NCBI GenBank assembly: GCA_964016885.1
Contig: OZ024745.1
Span: 8,618,001 to 8,682,000, forward strand
From: Eledone cirrhosa
Taxonomy: Eukaryota
Reading direction: 5' to 3'
DNA: 64,000 bases
The stretch's first letter is position 1. Every line of letters starts with the position of its first letter. The notes under the pieces are model-generated. The model did not search any database. It saw nothing but the letters and a program-made list of their open reading frames with translations, and was not told where the DNA came from. A program made the translations under genes and the position numbers. Below are positions 57,431 through 64,000 of this stretch, in pieces.

Positions 57431-59379
57431 AAGGATGAAGATTATCCAAGAATTAACTATTAGTTCTTAAGAGACCTCAAGGCTGGTCTATAAGACATTA
57501 TTTGAGGTTTTGTAGCTATATGTTCTTAACTCTTAACATCCTTTTATGATTTTGCAGAAAATAAAAGTATCTAAAAACAGGGTTGTTCATTCAAATGTTT
57601 ACAATATCTTTACTTGTGGAAAAATTGTGAACATTTTTAGTATTAAAGGCTTTAAATTTCAATATGTCTTTATAAGGATCGGAAGGTACTTGTGACTGCA
57701 TTTATTAGTTGCAACAATAAAGATATTGAGTGTACTATAATTAGACACCTAACCTAGTGTACAAGATGAAAAGATTGTTTACAAGAAACTATTAAAGGTA
57801 ACTGGTGTAAAAATATATTGGACAAGACACACACACTCTTAAAAAATTGGAAATTAAACACTGTGATACTCATGCCCTCCTCCCACAAGAGCATAACCAC
57901 AATTTTTCTTTAAAAATAGAACTATATCAGACTTCATTCCTTAGATTCCTTCTATAATACTCATACTGATTTATTATACAAGTATCATAGCTGTTTTATA
58001 TAATGAATCCTATAAGCCAGTGTGTCATAAAGAGACTACTTGATTTTATGGAACACCTATTAACTATTATATATTCCTAGTCTAACCCATGCTAGCGTGG
58101 AAGATGAACGTTAAACGAAGATGATGATGATGATATTCCTGTTTGAAATACTGAAATGAGCTTACCTATCATAAAAATTTACAGCTTGCTGAACCACGTG
58201 TGTATATATACATACAATGTAAAGGTGTAGCTTAGTATCAGAAGCACTGTACAATTAGTATTTCATTAACTGACTGTTGAATTTCTTTTCTGAAGCTGGA
58301 GAAGGCTCTGATACTCCAGGTAAGTAGTTAGAATATCTCAGGAAAAAATTGTTGGATAGATTTTAGAGGGTGAAACCAGCCAACTGGAGACTCAGAATAA
58401 GATGGTAAGATAAGATCCATGAGCCTGGTTGGTCTTGCTTGGAGATCTAATTGGATCAATTGGAGACTGTTGCTTCTGACAGGACTCACTGGAAGGCATG
58501 CTTGAGGACTCTGCCCCCATGACCCTCACAGGAATAAGTGGGTGAAGAAGGCAATAAAAAGTCACTCCCTCTAGAACACAGACACATTGAAGTAGCCATT
58601 CCAACTGGTGGAGCTCACTCTAGCAGGTGGCCATCTCTATCCCTAAACAGTAGGGTGGTTCAGGGACCAAGACTGCCAGAAATCTCCATGACTATAGACT
58701 CATAGTTTCAATGGGAATAGAGTGGTCCATAAAAACTCAAATGCCATGGGCATAGTTCAGTATTGGTAACTATCATCTTGATCTGTTTTACTTTTGGAAT
58801 CATAGGCCAAGATTACAGGCAACGTATGAACTGCTGTTTAAAAATATTTCACATATTAAATTCATAACACAGGAATCTATCACTAAAGAGAATGTTTGAG
58901 TCATTTCTGAGAGATTCCACACCAAAATCTACTGAATTTATTGTTACTTCACTGATGTGTATCTGTGAAAGGACTCAAGTTAACAGTGGCACAAAAATAT
59001 TCCATAAAGACAGTTTTAGATCAACATTGTTTACATGTAACGAAGACCATCATTTTCTTTAACGTAAATACATCTAAAACAGTCTAGTCTATTGTAATAG
59101 CCTAGTCGAGCCTGTTCTAACATATCTCTGCTGGAGAATACGTGTTCACATTATTCTATTTAAACATCCACAATGAATTTTGTCAATGTTCAGGATCTAT
59201 CTTTTGTTTTTCCACTGAAGATTTACTATATTGCTGCTTATTTCAGAAATCCATCAATTTCAAAATGTATTGCCTATAAAGACAAGGACTGCTCACTTGA
59301 GAATATTCACACTCCTTATATATATATATATATATATCAGGATTAAACCATTTTTAAACTAGTAAGACCATTATTCAAC

Positions 59380-59455
59380 AAAGTACTTAATACTTGTAAT
59401 AGTAGAGTGTGACTATATTAGAAATAGTAGGGGCCCAACAGCTGAGTTCAGGTGT
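59380..59455 (-). mobile_element. Highly decayed relic of the same PLE 3' end
   Basis: aaagtacttaatacttgtaatagtagagtg...cagctgagttcagg resembles the reverse complement of 22425-22495. Confidence 0.45.
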
Positions 59456-59723
59456 CAGGTGTCAGGCCCCAACTTTTTCTAATACATACATATATATAAA
59501 GCACCCAATCCACTTTGTAAAGTAGTAGTGCTGATGCCATGAAAAAAAAAGGCACCCCATCCACCACATAAGATGATTTGCATTAGGAAGGGCATCCAAC
59601 CATAGTAAACGAAGTTCCAAACTAAGTGTATGAAAAAGAAATAGTCACCTGACCTGTCTGGCCTCATAACATGACAGCCCAGCTAACCAATGCTAGCATG
59701 GAAAACAGTGATGATGATGATGA

Positions 59724-61658
59724 TCATCATCATCATCAAGGTTTAGCGTCCGTGTTCCACGCTTGCATGGGTTTGGACGGGGGTTTTCCCACTTGAGGCA
59801 AGAGTGGTTGTCTTGCTCGCATAGGACTGTCTGGCGGGTTTTCTACAGCTGGATGCCCTTCCTAACACCAACCACATTTACAGTGTGGGGCTGGGAGGTT
59901 TTTACCGTGTTGCCTACACGGCCACATTACAGCGTGGACTGTCTGGCGGGTTTGCTACAGCTGGATGCCCTTCCTAACACCAACCACATTTACAGTGTGG
60001 GGCTGGGAGGTTTTTACCGTGTTGCCTACACGGCCACATTACAGCGTGGACTGTCTGGCGGGTTTGCTACAGCTGGATGCCCTTCCTAACACCAACCACA
60101 TTTACAGTGTGGGGCTGGGAGGTTTTTACCGTGTTGCCTACACGGCCACATTACAGCGTGGACTGTCTGGCGGGTTTGCTACAGCTGGATGCCCTTCCTA
60201 ACACCAACCACATTTACAGTGTGGGGCTGGGAGGTTTTTACCGTGTTGCCTACACGGCCACATTACAGCGTGGACTGTCTGGCGGGTTTGCTACAGCTGG
60301 ATGCCCTTCCTAACACCAACCACATTTACAGTGTGGGGATGGGAGGTTTTTACCGTGTTGCCTACACGGCCACATTACAGCGTGGACTGTCTGGCGGGTT
60401 TGCTACAGCTGGATGCCCTTCCTAACACCAACCACATTTACAGTGTGGGGCTGGGAGGTTTTTACCGTGTTGCCTACACGGCCACATTACAGCGTGGACT
60501 GTCTGGCGGGTTTGCTACAGCTGGATGCCCTTCCTAACACCAACCACATTTACAGTGTGGGGCTGGGAGGTTTTTACCGTGTTGCCTACACGGCCACATT
60601 TACAGCGTGGACTGTGTGTTTTTTTTGTCGTGACACCTACACGATCTCATTTGTTTCGGCCTGGATGTTGTGGCACCAACATAACTTTACATTGAAAGGG
60701 GCGGTGTGGATGGGGTGGGGGTGTGTTTTGATAGAGATGCCTACTGACTGTAGTAGGTTTTACTTTGTATTTAGGTAAGGCGGGTCTTCTCTATTATTGA
60801 GTACCGCCAAAGGTCTCGGTCCAGTGACATTGTCTTGGAGAGGTGTAAGTGTGTGAGGTCGGAATTTATCATGTCGTCCCAGGTTTTTCTGGGTCTGCCT
60901 ACTCTGTGGCTACCGTCTATCTTTATTGCCCTGCACTTTGTTATACAGCTGTCGTCTTTCATGCGCATCACGTGACCGTACCAACGTAGCCTTCTCTCGA
61001 GTAAACAACATCTGATCCCTCTTATTTCTAATTTTTTCCTTAGTTCGTTTATGCTTAGCCGTTCACGTATATTACTATTGCACATCCAGCGGAGCATGCA
61101 AGCTTCGTTCCTCTCTAGTCTGCGTATATCCTCTGCACACAATGCCCAGGTCTCACTGCCATGCAGCATTGCTGTTCGTATGACCAGCCTTTCATTTTTA
61201 GGGAGAACCCTTTAGCGGCTAATAGTGGTATAAGCTCTCTGAACTTTTTCCATCCAGTTCTGACTCTAGCTACTGTACTTTCAGAGCACCCTCCCCCACT
61301 GCTGATTTTGTCACCCAGGTAACGGAAGCTGTCCACTATTTCTATAGAACCCTCTGCGCAATTGAAAGAGCTAGTATTTTGTGGGCACTTGCTGCTACTT
61401 ATTGCACCAGAGCACCGGCCACATGTAAAATCAATGTTCTTAGTTAGCTTACCTGTGATCCCACTACATCTTTTATGCACCCATACTTTGCATTTGGGAC
61501 ATAAAATGGAGTTTCTACCTACACCTTTCCTACACACCGAGCATGGCCATTTCTTGGAAGGGACCACCGCCTTATTTTCTTTCCTACAAACTAGAACTTT
61601 AGTCTTAGCCAGGTTAATTTTAAGGCCTTTTGATTCTAGGCCGTGCTTCCATGTTTGG
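59724..61658 (-). mobile_element. 5'-truncated RTE LINE with 3'UTR containing 7 x 112-bp tandem units
   Basis: ORFs 61115-61567 and 60771-61169 (PHD-like finger, MLHGSETW, EKTRLT*) run directly into the UTR, which ends in the (GAT)n tail at 59724. Confidence 0.88.
59826..60615. repeat. 112-bp tandem repeat x7 inside the RTE 3'UTR
   Basis: ctggatgcccttcc recurs at 59849, 59961, 60073, 60185, 60297, 60409 and 60521. Confidence 0.96.
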
Positions 61659-61891
61659 AATGATGATGATATATATATAGTCTGCAGTGTTGAGACTGGG
61701 GAGCCCCCAAATCAAGATAGTACTCTATGCATGAGAAGAAGCAGAGTAGATATAGAGAAAGGTAAAAACTTGGCCATGATGCCAAGTGGTTTCAGCTTGT
61801 ATTCAGCAAGTCTTCTCAGTACACCCTTGAAAAGGCCTTCTGAATACAAGCCTAAACCGCTTGGTGTTGTGCTTGAGTTTTTACCTTCCTT

Positions 61892-61927
<36 letters not shown>

Positions 61928-62516
61928 CAAGACATGGTCACCTGACCTGGCATTTCTCACAACAGGATAATTCATCTAACCCATGCTAGCATAGAAAAAT
62001 GGACATTAACTGGTGATGAATATATTAGTGAGTTTCACTGTTAAATAACAGTTATTCCATCTCTCATGGACCAGAAAAGTCACAACTATTTTTTTTAAAA
62101 ACAAACTCCAGCTTAATAGGCTCAACTCCAATTTGAAGATGGAATTTCGATTCTTGATTTACATTTTTTTTAATGTTTTAATGAATTAGAACTGAAATGG
62201 ATTACAAATATCTACCTCAACAAACTTCACTCGAAACACACATCATAGGTTGTTCAGTTTTTTTTTACAGGTAAGTTTCATTAAAAAAAAATATATGAAT
62301 ATTATCTGGGTTTTTTTTAATGATAATCAAATTGTAATAAAATAAAAAATATAATTTTCTCAGACATTTAAAAAAAGAGAGAAAAGAAATACCAAAGTGT
62401 CAAATGAAGCCCGTGTTATATTGTATGCCAACTCCTGGATCTGGCATGAACATGATTTTGATTACAAATGAACAATTTTAATGCAGAATAATTTATTATT
62501 TGAAACCTACCAACCC

Positions 62517-63542
62517 CTAACTTAATGTTACAGTACTTTTATATATTTTCACATTTGGAACAACTGTGTGAATTTCCACAGGTCCCTTCAATGTGATACT
62601 CAAATCCAAGTAAGTATGAATCCAGTGATGTGTAGCAAAAGATATAGAAGATATTGTTCGCTTGATACCTTTTACTTTAAGACTTTTGCATGCCTTCTGT
62701 TGGATTTTGGTCAGTTTGTCATACTTGGCACACTGAGTCCGCATCCAGAAAAATTTTGCTGGATCAATTGTTGGAAAGAAATACTCGGCAGGTGCCAAAT
62801 AAACACCATCATTATTATCAGGTGGTAAATTATTTCTCTGGTATTGACGATAGTGAAGAGTTAAAAAATGTGGCCCTGTACTGTCAAGAACATTCCACAT
62901 GTGTGAGAAATCTGGCAGACTTTCCATTACCTTTTTCATAAAAGGGTGATTTTTACGGCAGCCCATGATTGCATTGATTACAATATGTTCAAAATTAGAA
63001 TCCAAAACTGGATGTTCATATGGTTCTTGTCCAAGAAAACAGGAATACTTCAAGGTTAAAGGATCTACAGATTTGAAACTTTCCATATCCATATCTGCAT
63101 AAACACCTCCAAATTCATAAAGTACAAAATATCGCAAAGCATCAGCCCGACGAATATTTTCTGGATAACTATCAAATGTTGAAAGGAACCAAGGATATTT
63201 TTCTGCTATCATTTGTCGAGCACTGTCATCTGTCCATAACCAATATTCCCAATCTGGATGATTTTTAACCCATGACTTCACCCAAGATGTCAGTTTTCGA
63301 GGTACCATTTTGTTCTTCCATGTCTGATGGATAATTTTTGGAATTTTATTTATTCCTGAAACAGGGAACACTTCAAGTTCCTTCATTCCATAAGGCTTGA
63401 AGTCTTTTTCGACAATAATATTTAAGTCATAGAAACTGCCATGTTCCCGCACCTGCTCAAACTTTACTAACCAGTGGAGAATGAATATAAAAAAAGAACC
63501 TAAAGAAAGGGTTTTGATAGGTAATTTAGGTATTCCTTGCAT
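62517..63542 (-). CDS. GT32 (Gly_transf_sug, DxD) glycosyltransferase, IPC-mannosyltransferase/OCH1-SUR1-like, type II membrane protein
   Basis: IPKIIHQTWK, RADALRYFVLYEFGGVYADMD, STGPHFLT motifs. Likely start MQGIPKLPIKTL followed by a hydrophobic anchor. An acceptor (ttttaattttag) at 63578-63579 suggests an upstream 5'UTR intron. Confidence 0.85.
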   Translation of the reverse strand: MQGIPKLPIKTLSLGSFFIFILHWLVKFEQVREHGSFYDLNIIVEKDFKPYGMKELEVFPVSGINKIPKIIHQTWKNKMVPRKLTSWVKSWVKNHPDWEYWLWTDDSARQMIAEKYPWFLSTFDSYPENIRRADALRYFVLYEFGGVYADMDMESFKSVDPLTLKYSCFLGQEPYEHPVLDSNFEHIVINAIMGCRKNHPFMKKVMESLPDFSHMWNVLDSTGPHFLTLHYRQYQRNNLPPDNNDGVYLAPAEYFFPTIDPAKFFWMRTQCAKYDKLTKIQQKACKSLKVKGIKRTISSISFATHHWIHTYLDLSITLKGPVEIHTVVPNVKIYKSTVTLS

Positions 63543-64000
63543 GATAGAAGTCCGAGGAGTATCCAGATATGGCAGATCTAAAATTAAAAAAAAATGGAAT
63601 AAAATAAAAAAGAAGTTAAAATATAAAGTTATATAACTTTTTAATAAAAAAAATATGGGAGTTAGCATTTGATACGTGAGGTAGGCATTTTATAGCTTTC
63701 AAAAGCAGGTTACTTTGTCTCATTTCACCAGACCAGTGGCAATAAATTGCAAACAAAGGAGTAAAATACCAAAGTTTTAGCAAGCAGGAAAGAAGACAAG
63801 TCTCTGCTACTACCAAGGAAATGGTAATGCTCAATATACAAAAAAAAACGGGGGTAAGTAGAAACTTCATATAATGTTCTATTTAGTATGTACAATAAAC
63901 TCACAAGTGAAGTGGCACCATAGGGAGGTTTCCTCTTTGACAGATGCACAGGAGTAGTCAGCAGTAAGGGGACATGTTAAATAAACTTCTTCAAATGTTC

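Noticed and set aside
63543-63668. N-terminal extension of the GT32 ORF
   Set aside because: Non-ATG start and a T-rich stretch ending in an AG acceptor indicate intron/UTR sequence.

Overview
Eukaryotic, AT-rich, repeat-dense animal DNA. The RTE LINE, tRNA-SINE and (TA)n/(CAT)n landscape suggests an octopod cephalopod (inference). There are three host genes. (1) germ cell-less (GMCL1, BTB/BACK) on the minus strand, reconstructed by hand as 12 phase-consistent GT-AG coding exons from the ATG at 49316 to 3939; the 3' exons were not found. (2) An intronless WDR18 (53239-54579, +), divergent from GMCL1. (3) A single-exon GT32/DxD glycosyltransferase (62517-63542, -). The GMCL1 introns hold RTE, Tx1/L1 and CRE-like non-LTR elements, SINEs, MITEs and about ten unrelated minisatellites, several amplified from transposon sequence. 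The most notable structure is a fold-back Penelope-like (Naiad-type GIY-YIG) element at 19137-22536. Its 1.28-kb inverted arms each carry a predicted type I hammerhead ribozyme with a variant U3-A8 core (UUGAGAA). Two ~200-bp hairpin mini-copies share the same inversion breakpoint, the same 78-nt unpaired tail and (TA)n insertion sites. All calls are made by eye and no database searches were run.
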